Origin: Limisphaerales bacterium
Lineage (GTDB): Bacteria > Verrucomicrobiota > Verrucomicrobiia > Limisphaerales > SIBE01
Reading direction: 5' to 3'
DNA: 38,003 bases
Assembly (NCBI GenBank): GCA_044225505.1
Contig: JBGAIN010000077.1
Span: forward strand, 1 to 38,003
The notes beneath the pieces are model-generated. The model saw only the letters and a program-made list of their open reading frames with translations. It did no database searches and was not told the DNA's origin. This document shows, piece after piece, positions 1 through 9,722 of this stretch; position 1 is the first letter of the stretch, and each line of letters begins with the position of its first letter. A program made the position numbers and the translations under genes.

Positions 1-1154
1 AAATCATCACTTCGGCCGCCACGCACGCCTTTCTACCGCTACTGCAAAATCATCCCCCATCCATCCGGGCGCAGATTTTGGTGGCCCGAGATCATTACCG
101 GAGCTGTTTCGGGCGGGATCCCAAGGGCATCTGGCTGCCGGAGTGTGCCTATGTAGAAGCGGTCGAACGCACGCTGCAAGAGATCGATATTCGCTGGTTC
201 ATCACCGAGGCCCACGGTTTACTGCACGCCCAACCGTTGCCGCGCTACGGGCTGTTCGCCCCAATTTTCACTCCGAATGGATTGGCCGTTTTCGGGCGAG
301 ATCTCGATTCTGCAAAGCAAGTCTGGAGCAAACATGAGGGTTATCCAGGAGACCCTAGCTATCGGGATTTTTATCGCGATATCGGATATGACCTGGACTT
401 TGATTATCTCCAACCGTACCTGCCAGCGCCGCCCCACCGGAGTTTCACAGGAATCAAATATTATGCGATCACTGGCAATCCAGTTGAAAAGAAGCTGTAT
501 GATCCCGCCACCGCCTTGGGGACAGCAGATGCTCACGCGGAACATTTCTTAAACGAACGGGTGCGACAAATAACCCGTCTGGCCGGGATCATGGACCAGG
601 CGCCGATCCTCGTAGCGCCGTTTGACGCTGAGCTATTTGGACATTGGTGGTACGAAGGTCCGGAATTCCTCGATTTCTTCTTCCGCAAGGCGTTTTACGA
701 TCAATCAACGCTCCGGTTCACCCATCCGGGCGCTTACCTGCAAGAATTTCAAACACACCAAATTGCGCGGCCAAGTGAGTCTAGTTGGGGCGAAGAAGGT
801 TACGCCAAAGTTTGGCTCAACGAAAAAAATGAGTGGATCTACCCCCACTTGCAGGTTGCGCAAGAACGCATGAGCTCGTTGGTCCAGAGACATCCCCATC
901 CGACGGAGCTTACCGCACGTGCGCTCAAGCAAGCTGGACGAGAGCTGCTTCTGGCCCAAGCCAGCGACTGGCCGTTCATCCTTCGGACCGGCACCAGCCC
1001 AGAGTATGCGACCCAACGCATCAAGGAGCATCTTCTCCGATTCCACGCGTTACATGAACAGCTGACGACTACCCGGATTGACGAACCGTGGCTCGCTCGG
1101 ACAGAATGGCTCGACAATGTCTTTCCAGGAATTGACTATCGCTATTGGGCGTAA
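1..1154 (+). CDS. GH57 family glycoside hydrolase / 1,4-alpha-glucan branching enzyme with DUF1957 C-terminus; 5'-truncated by the window edge
   Basis: The frame is open from position 3 (IITSAATHAFLPLL...), upstream of the track start at 78. GH57 branching-enzyme motifs: ITSAATH, GIWLPE (nucleophile Glu), APFDAELFGHWWYEG, LAQASDWPF. Confidence 0.92.
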   Translation, partial: IITSAATHAFLPLLQNHPPSIRAQILVARDHYRSCFGRDPKGIWLPECAYVEAVERTLQEIDIRWFITEAHGLLHAQPLPRYGLFAPIFTPNGLAVFGRDLDSAKQVWSKHEGYPGDPSYRDFYRDIGYDLDFDYLQPYLPAPPHRSFTGIKYYAITGNPVEKKLYDPATALGTADAHAEHFLNERVRQITRLAGIMDQAPILVAPFDAELFGHWWYEGPEFLDFFFRKAFYDQSTLRFTHPGAYLQEFQTHQIARPSESSWGEEGYAKVWLNEKNEWIYPHLQVAQERMSSLVQRHPHPTELTARALKQAGRELLLAQASDWPFILRTGTSPEYATQRIKEHLLRFHALHEQLTTTRIDEPWLARTEWLDNVFPGIDYRYWA

Positions 1155-1279
1155 CGGACGAAAACCGATTTCGGCATATTAACGTGGAGCTGTCAGCTGT
1201 GAGGTGCCAAACCCGAGTGGCTCACTCGTGCAAGATCGGGCGCATTTGGTAAAAAACAACTGTGCGCGTGAGCTGAGCC

Positions 1280-2365
1280 ATGCCCGATCCTGAATTCACC
1301 CTGGAAGCGCTCGGTTACGATGCGTCGATGCAAACGCACCTGCAACGCTTGTTTCCCGGAATGCTCCCGGGACGCGTCGCGGTCGAGGATAAGCATTACT
1401 ACGTGGTATTAACGATTGAGGGCGAACGGACCGGGCAAGTGACGGGCAAGTTTCTCCATGTGGCAGCCTCCCCCGCCGCGTTACCGAAGGTAGGCGATTG
1501 GGTAGCGTTTACCCCCGTGACAAGTGAGGTCAAAGTTCTGATTCACGGCGTGCTTCCACGCCGAACTAAACTCTCTCGAAAAGTCGCGGGACGAGAGGTC
1601 GACGAGCAGGTGCTCGCTACCAACATAGACCTGGCGTTCGTTGTCCAGTCACTAGATGCCCGGTTCAATCCGGCGCTACTTCAACGTCATTTGGTTATGG
1701 TCCTGGAAAGCGGCGCCACGCCCGTTGTGCTTTTGAACAAATCGGACCTGTGTGACGACATTCCCGAGAAGGTCAAACTGGCGCAAGAAGTAGCGCCGGG
1801 CATTGAACTCGTGGTCGTGAGTGCCAAAACTCAAGAGGGAATCGAGCAGCTCGCACCGTTCATTCGTCCGGGCGCGACGATCGTATTCATCGGCGCTTCC
1901 GGCGTCGGGAAATCCACTCTGATCAATGACCTGTTCGGCGAGGAAATCCAAGCCACGTCCGATGTCCGCGAGAGAGATTCCAAAGGCAGGCATACCACCA
2001 GCTGGAGAGAACTGATCGTGCTTCCCAATGGGGGGTTGGTGATTGACACGCCGGGAATGCGCGAATTTCAAATGTGGATGGCTGGTGAAGGCATGCACGA
2101 AGCATTTGCCGACCTCGACAACTTGGGAACACAATGTCATTTCCGCGACTGCTCGCACACCGTTGAGAAACGTTGCGCCGTAATCGAAGCGGTGCGAGCG
2201 GGGACGATCTCGGATGAGCGATATCAGCGTTATCTCAAGCTAAAACGCGAACTTACCTTCCTGGGTCAAGCGCATGCGCAACGCGGCTGGTCCAGGCGCC
2301 GACGCCAGCCGCGAGTCGGCCAGCCAGCCCCCGATCGAACACGACGGAAGGCGCGCCGAAGATGA
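1280..2365 (+). CDS. rsgA: Ribosome small subunit-dependent GTPase A
   Basis: OB-fold with VGDWV, circularly permuted G motifs NKSD / GASGVGKST / RHTT / DTPG, and zinc finger CHFRDCSHTVEKRC. Confidence 0.95.
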   Translation: MPDPEFTLEALGYDASMQTHLQRLFPGMLPGRVAVEDKHYYVVLTIEGERTGQVTGKFLHVAASPAALPKVGDWVAFTPVTSEVKVLIHGVLPRRTKLSRKVAGREVDEQVLATNIDLAFVVQSLDARFNPALLQRHLVMVLESGATPVVLLNKSDLCDDIPEKVKLAQEVAPGIELVVVSAKTQEGIEQLAPFIRPGATIVFIGASGVGKSTLINDLFGEEIQATSDVRERDSKGRHTTSWRELIVLPNGGLVIDTPGMREFQMWMAGEGMHEAFADLDNLGTQCHFRDCSHTVEKRCAVIEAVRAGTISDERYQRYLKLKRELTFLGQAHAQRGWSRRRRQPRVGQPAPDRTRRKARRR

Positions 2366-3240
2366 GTGCGCGTCCGCAATCCCCACGAACTCAATCTCCG
2401 GAGGACTGCTCTGGAGCGGGATGGTTTCTTCGTTGGCTCCCATTAACAACCGAGAGGCACGGACCGATTCAAACCAAGCCGCTCACCCCCTGGGTTTGGG
2501 TCGCTTGCCTTTACTGTCTCGCTTGCCTCCTGGCCGGCGCGACAGAATCATGGGCGGCGGCCTCGGGCAGCGTCTACATCGTTCAGCGCGGAGATACCAT
2601 GAGCGGAATCGCCCACAGCCAGGGCATCACCCTCGCTCAATTACTTTCAAGCAACAAACTAAACACCAAAGACCGCATTCGTCCCGGGCAGCGGTTGGTC
2701 ATTCCAGCCTCCACTCGCACGCCTTCTCATGAAGCACGCGCGCCCTCGGCGAAAGAGTTGCCCACGGCTGTTCGCGAAGCCATTGACGAGGCGACGGTCA
2801 AGCCCGGGCGCTGGAAATACATCGTCATCCACCACAGCGGCGTAAACACAGGGACGCTCGCCGGAATGGATCGCTACCACCGCGAAGTCCGCCACATGGA
2901 GAATGGATTGGCGTATCATTTTGTCATTGGAAACGACCACGGACTTGGGGACGGCCAGATTGGCGTCGGATCGCGCTGGACCAAACAATTGGACGGCGGG
3001 CACCTGATCAGTGATGACCAGAACCGGGTGAGCCTTGGCATTTGTTTGGTCGGAAACTTTGATGAGACGGAGCCCACGGAGCGCCAATTGGCACGGTTGA
3101 CAGCACTTGTTCGAGCGCTCATGGTGCGTTGCCGTTTGAAGCCCGAGGCCATTAAGACGCATCAACAGATCAACGTGGTTCATACCCGTTGTCCCGGACG
3201 CCGCTTCCCTTTAAAGAGCTGGCTCCGGAGCCTGGATTAA
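2362..3240 (+). CDS. LysM-domain N-acetylmuramoyl-L-alanine amidase (Amidase_2 / T7-lysozyme-like), probably exported
   Basis: Hydrophobic signal-like segment, LysM (YIVQRGDTMSGIA...IRPGQRLVIP), amidase motifs YIVIHHSG, YHFVIG, GICLVGNF, H...CPG. The start overlaps the rsgA stop (ATGA), although the true start could be further downstream. Confidence 0.88.
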   Translation: MSARPQSPRTQSPEDCSGAGWFLRWLPLTTERHGPIQTKPLTPWVWVACLYCLACLLAGATESWAAASGSVYIVQRGDTMSGIAHSQGITLAQLLSSNKLNTKDRIRPGQRLVIPASTRTPSHEARAPSAKELPTAVREAIDEATVKPGRWKYIVIHHSGVNTGTLAGMDRYHREVRHMENGLAYHFVIGNDHGLGDGQIGVGSRWTKQLDGGHLISDDQNRVSLGICLVGNFDETEPTERQLARLTALVRALMVRCRLKPEAIKTHQQINVVHTRCPGRRFPLKSWLRSLD

Positions 3241-3299
3241 CCCAACGGGTGGGCAGCCCGGCGTTTTAATCGGGTGCACCCCGAGGGTCCGACCAAGGG

Positions 3300-3328
3300 T
3301 TGCCAGGCGCTTATCGGATGTCTAGCCT
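3300..3328 (+). promoter_or_regulatory. Candidate sigma70 promoter of the MATE gene
   Basis: TTGCCA (3300-3305), 17-nt spacer, TAGCCT (3323-3328); ATG follows at 3338 with no SD. Confidence 0.5.
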
Positions 3329-3337
3329 CCCTCCCCT

Positions 3338-4722
3338 ATGTCAGACCTCTGGTCATCAGTGCAAGAGGCGATTCGTGGCAGTAAGCAGGATTTTACGGAG
3401 GTTCCTATCCGCCGCGCTATCTTGTTGTTGGCCATACCCATGATTCTCGAAATGGCGATGGAGTCGCTCTTTGCCATCGTGGACATTTTCTGGGTTTCGC
3501 GGCTCGGGGCCGACGCGGTCGCCAGCGTCGGCCTGACCGAGGCGATGCTCACCATCATTTATACCATTGCGATGGGGCTGAGTATCGGCGCGACGGCAAC
3601 GATCGCGCGCCGTATCGGTGAGAAAGACCCCCACCGGGCGGCCACTTCTGCAGTCCAGGTCATGGTGCTGGGAATTCTGCTCGCGATCCCGATCGGTGCC
3701 TTGGGATCCATATACTCGGCCGATCTGCTCCGATTAATGGGTGCGTCTCCCTCCGTCATCGCGCTCGGCCATCGTTACACGTCGATCATGCTGGGAGGAA
3801 ATGCGACTGTGCTGCTCTTGTTCCTGGGAAACGCCATCTTTCGAGGCGCAGGCGACCCGGCAATCGCCATGCGTGTGCTTTGGCTGGCGAACGGTCTGAA
3901 TATTCTGCTCGGCCCATGTTTTATTTTTGGACTGGGCCCCTTTCCTAAACTCGGTGTCGAAGGCGCTGCCGTAGCCACAAATCTCGGCCGAGGCACAGGC
4001 GTGATTTATCTGTTCTGCCGCTTATGGCGCGGCGGCGCCCACTTCCACCTAAGCCGCAAGGATGTGCGGCTCGAGCCGAGCACAATGTGGTCGCTCATAC
4101 GTCTCTCCGGGACTGCTATGATCCAAATGCTCGTGGGAATGACCAGTTGGCTTGCGCTGATTCGTATTCTTTCCGGATTCGGGAGCGCGGCACTGGCCGG
4201 CTACACAATTGCCGTCCGTATCATCATATTTGCCCTGCTTCCCTCGTGGGGCCTGGGAAACGCCGCCGCCACTTTAGTCGGTCAAAACCTCGGAGCGGGC
4301 AAGCCAGACCGGGCCGAGAGTGCTGTTTGGAAAGCCGGGTTCTATAACATGCTGTTCCTTGATCCGTCGGCATGCTGTTTGTAATTTTCGCGGAAGGCCT
4401 TATTGGCTTGTTTACGACCGATGCGGCGGTCGCACCCTTCGGCGTCGGATGCTTGCGCACCGTAAGCTTCGGGTTTTTGTTTTACGCCTACGGCATGGTG
4501 ATCAGCCAGGCGTTTAATGGAGCGGGAGCAGTGTGGACGCCTACCTTGATCAACCTGTTCGCGCTATGGTTTCTGCAGTTGCCCCTCGCCTACGGTCTCG
4601 CGCACTTCGCAGGTTGGGGCCCACCCGGCTTGTTTGTTGCGATCACAATTTCCTGGTCTCTCTACGCGGTCACCAGTGCGGCCATTTTCAACCGCGGTCG
4701 CTGGAAGCTGAAAAAAATCTAG
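3338..4722 (+). pseudogene. MATE family efflux transporter interrupted by a 1-bp frameshift near 4361 (pseudogene, split gene or sequence error)
   Basis: ORFs 3338-4384 and 4372-4722 are consecutive MATE segments (LLAIPMILEM...DIFWVSRLG; NAIFRGAGD; LVGQNLGAGKPDRA; SQAFNGAG...W). Adding one G at CTT G[G]A TCC GTC GGC ATG fuses them into a 461-aa ORF. Confidence 0.88.
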
Positions 4723-4806
4723 GTCCGAGCGCAACCATGGCAGCCCTAGCGTCTCGATGACGCCGCGCCGCCGCGACCAACCGAACCAGCACCACCACGC
4801 TGACCA

Positions 4807-5295
4807 CTATTTCATGCGGTTCTGGTGAATCAGAATATCCGCGATGTCCGCGAACAAGGTGGCGAATTGGCGGGCGGCAATAAGCGCGATTGAAGCCATG
4901 AGAAAGATGCCAAGCACGACTACGAGCTGGACCGTACTATCTCCAGGGGACGATTTTCCAACTTCCAAATAGGTCAGGCCCGCGATAGTCAGCCACGCTG
5001 CCCCACTGGTGAGGTCGATAAACAATCGCAGCGCTTTGTAACACGAGTTCTGACGCACCCCAGCGAGAAACGCACCTGGGCTTTGCTCGATGCGCTTCGA
5101 CAATGGGTCCGTAAAAACATCCTCCAATAGCTGCCATCGGCGCGAGGCGCGTATATCGTCCGTGCTTCGCCCGGTGTCCTCGATAGCCTCGAAATCGTTC
5201 GTGAATCGTCCGCCCGCGACCCATCCGCGTAGGGCTTCTAATTCAAACGGACCTTCGATCTCAGACGCAGCGTCTTTCCGAATGTAATATCTCAT
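4807..5295 (-). CDS. Hypothetical membrane protein with N-terminal GYF_2/DUF4339-like domain
   Basis: From ATG 5295: MRYYIRK...IEGPFELEALRGWVAGG...W matches the GYF_2-like pattern, followed by two hydrophobic helices. The upstream extension in the ORF track (to 5481) looks non-coding. Confidence 0.6.
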   Translation of the reverse strand: MRYYIRKDAASEIEGPFELEALRGWVAGGRFTNDFEAIEDTGRSTDDIRASRRWQLLEDVFTDPLSKRIEQSPGAFLAGVRQNSCYKALRLFIDLTSGAAWLTIAGLTYLEVGKSSPGDSTVQLVVVLGIFLMASIALIAARQFATLFADIADILIHQNRMK

Positions 5296-5709
5296 AAGAC
5301 GCGTAACAATGGTTCGTTCGGCGAGGATCACTGGTGATTTGCCCAAAACGCCGACGCCGAACTGCTGGCTCTTTAGCTCCGACGCTTTCTTGTAAATCCC
5401 CAACGGTGAACGGGAAAGGAAAAAGCGATGGGAGCGGCTAGACGCTTTGCCTTTAGAGAGCAAACGGCGGTCCAGCGACAATATAAGACGTTGCTAACGA
5501 AGCAGATTTGGACGGGGCTGAAAGCTGAAGACCAGCGCGAGCGCCAGGCCTCGTTACGCGTTTGACTATCGCTCACGCACCATTTTAGATTAGAATTGAG
5601 AGAGTTCACTCAATTATCCCATTAGTGGGGCGTCTCCACCCCCATGCCCCATTATGTAGTGGTTTTAGCTTTACTTTGAGACGCGTATCTCGTTTGCTCC
5701 TGTCTCGTC

Positions 5710-8700
5710 ATGTATCTCAAGAATCTGACGGCGCTGGGCTTTAAATCCTTTGCCGATAAGACAGCTCTGAATTTTCTTCCAGGCGTGACCGCAATTGTCG
5801 GCCCGAACGGTTGCGGAAAATCCAATATCTCCGATGCGCTGCGATGGGTCCTAGGAGAGCAATCGGCTAAAGCCCTTCGCGGCGGCGAAATGGCCGACGT
5901 TATTTTTAATGGCACGGACGGACGCAAACCGTTGGGGATGGCGGAAGTTTCTTTGACCATCGGCGACGTCGACAGCGATCAACTTCGGGCGGCCGGGGTT
6001 GAGATTGGTTTCAACGAGGTCACGATCACACGGCGAGTTTTCCGCGATGGCGGTAGCGAGTATTTTATAAACAAGGCGGCCTGCCGGTTGAAGGATATTC
6101 AGCAGTTGTTTATGGGCACGGGGGTTGGACGGACCAGCTATAGCATCATGGCCCAAGGGAACATCACCCAGATTCTGTCCAGCAAACCGGAAGAGCGCCG
6201 TTTAGTGTTTGAGGAAGCAGCCGGCATTACCAAGTTCAAGGCACAGAAAAAAGAGGCGCTTCGCAAACTGGAGAACACCGATCAGAATCTCCTTCGGGTC
6301 ACGGATTTGATCAAAGAAGTAAAGCGGCAGATTGGGTCGTTGCAAAGGCAAGCGGGGAAGGCGCGCCGATACAAGCAGTTGATGCTGGATTTGAAACACT
6401 TGGATACCCAACTTGCTCGTCATCAGTTTGACGTGCTCCAAGGCGAACTGAGACAACGCGAAAGTCTTCTGGAAAAACATCAGACCGATCTCGTTGATCT
6501 CGGCGAGAATGTCTCTCGGGGCGAAAGCCAGCTTACTGAAGTTCGCTCATTGCTGTCCCAACTCGAACTTGAAATCCAGGAGATCCAGCGTCGGGCCCAT
6601 GAGCTTCAAGTGCAGATTGAGCGTCATGACGGCCTGATTCGCTTTAACCAGGAGCGCCTGGGCGAGTTGGACACCCAGAATTCCAAGGCGCTGAGCGACA
6701 TTAGTCAGGCCGAGGAGCGCCAGACTGCGGCTCAGGCAGAGCATGAGGCAGTCGTCCAAAGCCTCCAGAACTCCACCAACGCGCTCAGCGCACACCAGCA
6801 AACTGTCCAGTCCAGGCGCGCGGCGGTGCAGAAGATTGAATCGGATCTGGCGTCCCAGCAGCAGTCTCTGCGAAACGCCCAAACCGAGGCCTTTGCCGCC
6901 GCTCAACAGCTTACCCGCGTCCGCAACGAGATCAACGCCCTGGACCTGCTTAAGAACGGCAACATCGTCCGCTTGGAAAAGCTCTCGGCCGAAAAGATCC
7001 AAGTGGAAGAGGAACGGAACCGCCTTGAGAGCCGCCTCCAAGATTTCTCCGCCGGAGTCGAAGCGGAGAAGCAATCGATCCAAATGTGCCGAGGCACAGT
7101 CGAAGAGCGGCAACAACGCCTGCGTGAGATTCAGGAAGAGTCCGTGAAAGCAACTCGGACTTTAGACGATCTCCTGCGCAAACAGGCCGAGAATCGATCG
7201 CGCCTCAGCTTGCTGGATCAACTCCAATCCGACTACGAGGGCTTCAGTGCTGGCACTCTCGCCGCGTTAAAGGGTTCGCACCGGGGGTTGGGATCTCTGA
7301 CTGACCGCATCCGCGTTCCAGACGAATATATCACTCCGATCGAAGCCGCGCTTGGACATCACCTGCAATTGGTATTAACGGAGCAGCCCGAAGCGGCCCT
7401 AGCGATTTTAGCCGAGCTTCATTCTCAAAAGAAGGGACGCGCAAGTATCGCGGTGTTGTCGCTGACAAGCACGGCTTCGCCCGCGGTGCCTCCGCCCCCT
7501 GAGAACACAATACCCTCACTATCCGTTGTCAATTGCGATGAATCCGTCGTGGCGCTGGTATCCCGTTTACTCGAACGCACCCTGATCGTCGACAGCTTGG
7601 ACGCTGCAACTGTCGCGTGGCGCCAATGCGAAGGCGCATTCGATTTTGTGACCAAGACGGGCGAAGTGCTCAGCCGCCACGGAGTTTTCACGGGCGGCTC
7701 CGGTAACGGAACCAAGAACTCCGTCTCCGCACTCGCGCGAAAAAACCAAATTGCGGAACTTCGTGCCACGACAGCCCGTTTGCAGGAAGAGTTGGAAGCG
7801 GCGAGCCGGAGTAAAGGGGCTTTGCAGACCGAGCAAACGAGCCTGCAAGCGAGTTTGCAGCAGGCTCAAACGGAACTTCGCTCGCAGGAAGTCGCTATGG
7901 CCAGTCGAGAAGGCGAGTTCAAGGCGTTACAAGCCGCTTTACGACTTCTGCACCAGAAAGTGGATACCGTCGCCTACGAAATCGAAAGCCTCGGAGGCCA
8001 GGATTTGGAGGCCGTCCAGAAGCGCGAACGTTTCGCTCAGCAAGCCGCGGAACTGGAAACGCGCGGTCAAGCGCTGCAACAGCAAGCAGCCGAAGGGACC
8101 GCACGACTTGAGAGTCTGCGTCAGGAACGCGATGCCGCGAACGCGACCTTGACTGAGGTGAAGGTCTCGCTCGCGTCCGAGGAACAACTCTGTGCGTCAT
8201 TCCGTCAGCAGCAGCAAGCCTTGCAGTATCGCCTCCGCGAACTCGGTCAACTGCTCGACAATCGTCGCGCAGAGACGGCGACTTTTCTCGACCGACGCTC
8301 TCGCTGCGAACGAGAAATGGAAGAATCGCGCGGCCGTATCGAAGGACTGCAGCACGAACGCCAGCAGGTCAACGACCGACTCGGCAATCTCGGTGGACAA
8401 AAGGACGCCTATGAGGCCGATATCGGGAACCGCGAAGAAGAACTGCGCGGATTCCGCCGACGGCTCGGGGAAGTGCAACAACTCCGGAGCGCCGTCGAGG
8501 TGGAATTAGCCCAAAAACAGATGGGACTGCAAAACCTTCGCGAGCGCGTTCGAGACAAGTACCAGGTCAATCTAGACGACGTCCAGAGCGAATGCATCAC
8601 CATCACGATCGCAACCGAGGGGCCGCCGAGAATCCAGACGCTGACACCGGACGAAATGGCTGCCAGCGGCGGCGCCACGGATTGGGACGCGGTTGGGGAA

Positions 8701-9474
8701 CAAGTTACTGCTTTGCAGCGCCGCATCGATGAGATCGGCCCGGTCAATCTCGTCGCCATCGAGGAATACGAAGAGACAGAACAACGCTATCAATTCCTAA
8801 CCGCCCAGCACGACGATCTCGCCAAAGCGAAAGAACAGTTGTTAGACGTGATCAATCGCATCAACGATCAGACTCGCGAGATGTTCACGGAGACTTTTCA
8901 TAAGATCCGAGAGAACTTTCGCAACATGTTTGTCGAGATTTTTGGGGGAGGCAAAGCCGACTTGATCCTGGTGGAAGAAGGGGATGTGCTGGAGAGCGGG
9001 ATCGACATCGTCGCGCGTCCGCCGGGCAAACAATTGCAGAGCATCTCGTTGTTGTCGGGTGGCGAGCAAACCATGACGGCCGTCGCCCTGCTCTTTTCGA
9101 TTTATCAGGTCAAGCCCAGTCCTTTCTGCGTCCTGGACGAATTGGACGCGCCGCTCGATGAATCGAATATCAATCGCTTCATCCGAGTTCTGCAGCGGTT
9201 CCTGCAACATTCTCAGTTCATCATCATCACCCATAACAAGCGGACGATTGGAATGGCCGACGTCCTTTATGGCGTAACGATGGAGGAACACGGCGTAAGC
9301 AAACTCGTGAGTGTCAAATTCCATAAAGCGAACGAGACCGCGCCGACTCGCGAGACGGCACTCCCGCCGTCGTCCAGGCCGACCGAAGCGGTCGAACCCG
9401 CCGCGGAAGCGCCTCTACAAACGCCACCTTCGGCAGTACCTCCCGACGACTTGGAGGTGGCCATGGCCAAGTAA
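5710..9474 (+). CDS. smc: Chromosome segregation protein SMC
   Basis: GFKSFA, Walker A GPNGCGKSN, FEEAAG, long coiled coils around a hinge (GEVLSRHGVFTGG), signature LSGGE, Walker B VLDELDAPLD, IITH. Confidence 0.98.
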   Translation: MYLKNLTALGFKSFADKTALNFLPGVTAIVGPNGCGKSNISDALRWVLGEQSAKALRGGEMADVIFNGTDGRKPLGMAEVSLTIGDVDSDQLRAAGVEIGFNEVTITRRVFRDGGSEYFINKAACRLKDIQQLFMGTGVGRTSYSIMAQGNITQILSSKPEERRLVFEEAAGITKFKAQKKEALRKLENTDQNLLRVTDLIKEVKRQIGSLQRQAGKARRYKQLMLDLKHLDTQLARHQFDVLQGELRQRESLLEKHQTDLVDLGENVSRGESQLTEVRSLLSQLELEIQEIQRRAHELQVQIERHDGLIRFNQERLGELDTQNSKALSDISQAEERQTAAQAEHEAVVQSLQNSTNALSAHQQTVQSRRAAVQKIESDLASQQQSLRNAQTEAFAAAQQLTRVRNEINALDLLKNGNIVRLEKLSAEKIQVEEERNRLESRLQDFSAGVEAEKQSIQMCRGTVEERQQRLREIQEESVKATRTLDDLLRKQAENRSRLSLLDQLQSDYEGFSAGTLAALKGSHRGLGSLTDRIRVPDEYITPIEAALGHHLQLVLTEQPEAALAILAELHSQKKGRASIAVLSLTSTASPAVPPPPENTIPSLSVVNCDESVVALVSRLLERTLIVDSLDAATVAWRQCEGAFDFVTKTGEVLSRHGVFTGGSGNGTKNSVSALARKNQIAELRATTARLQEELEAASRSKGALQTEQTSLQASLQQAQTELRSQEVAMASREGEFKALQAALRLLHQKVDTVAYEIESLGGQDLEAVQKRERFAQQAAELETRGQALQQQAAEGTARLESLRQERDAANATLTEVKVSLASEEQLCASFRQQQQALQYRLRELGQLLDNRRAETATFLDRRSRCEREMEESRGRIEGLQHERQQVNDRLGNLGGQKDAYEADIGNREEELRGFRRRLGEVQQLRSAVEVELAQKQMGLQNLRERVRDKYQVNLDDVQSECITITIATEGPPRIQTLTPDEMAASGGATDWDAVGEQVTALQRRIDEIGPVNLVAIEEYEETEQRYQFLTAQHDDLAKAKEQLLDVINRINDQTREMFTETFHKIRENFRNMFVEIFGGGKADLILVEEGDVLESGIDIVARPPGKQLQSISLLSGGEQTMTAVALLFSIYQVKPSPFCVLDELDAPLDESNINRFIRVLQRFLQHSQFIIITHNKRTIGMADVLYGVTMEEHGVSKLVSVKFHKANETAPTRETALPPSSRPTEAVEPAAEAPLQTPPSAVPPDDLEVAMAK

Positions 9475-9487
9475 ACCCGTGGCTCGA

Positions 9488-9533
9488 GGGCTGGGCGGCG
9501 AAGGAGCGTCAGCGCTCCGGGGCTTGCCAGCCC
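9488..9533 (+). terminator. GC-rich hairpin just downstream of smc (no U-tract; possible terminator or stabiliser)
   Basis: GGGCTGG (9488-9494) pairs with CCAGCCC (9527-9533), enclosing GGAGCG-TCAG-CGCTCC (9503-9518). Confidence 0.35.
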
Positions 9534-9679
9534 GCGACGGTCGCCAGTCGAAGCGCTCAGCAACGCGCTCCGTGTCAACGCGAGTTCGATGCATTGCTTT
9601 TCCTTGGGTGATTGGCTGCCGATTTGAAGAACTTCCTTTTCAGCGTCGTCCAAAGGGCTCACATCCAGTGAATGCCCTG

Positions 9680-9709
9680 TTGACAGCACCGAAGCCAATC
9701 CCCTATAGC
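9680..9709 (+). promoter_or_regulatory. Candidate sigma70 promoter for the Gfo/DUF1080 pair
   Basis: TTGACA (9680-9685), 18-nt spacer, TATAGC (9704-9709), 13 nt before ATG 9723. Confidence 0.45.
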
Positions 9710-9722
9710 TGACGCATAGCCT

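Noticed and set aside
4355..4384. Programmed ribosomal frameshift in the MATE gene
   Set aside because: No slippery heptamer, and the -1 frame has a TGA immediately upstream of the junction.
9488..9533. SRP RNA-like hairpin
   Set aside because: Lacks the conserved SRP domain IV loop motifs; treated as a simple post-smc hairpin.
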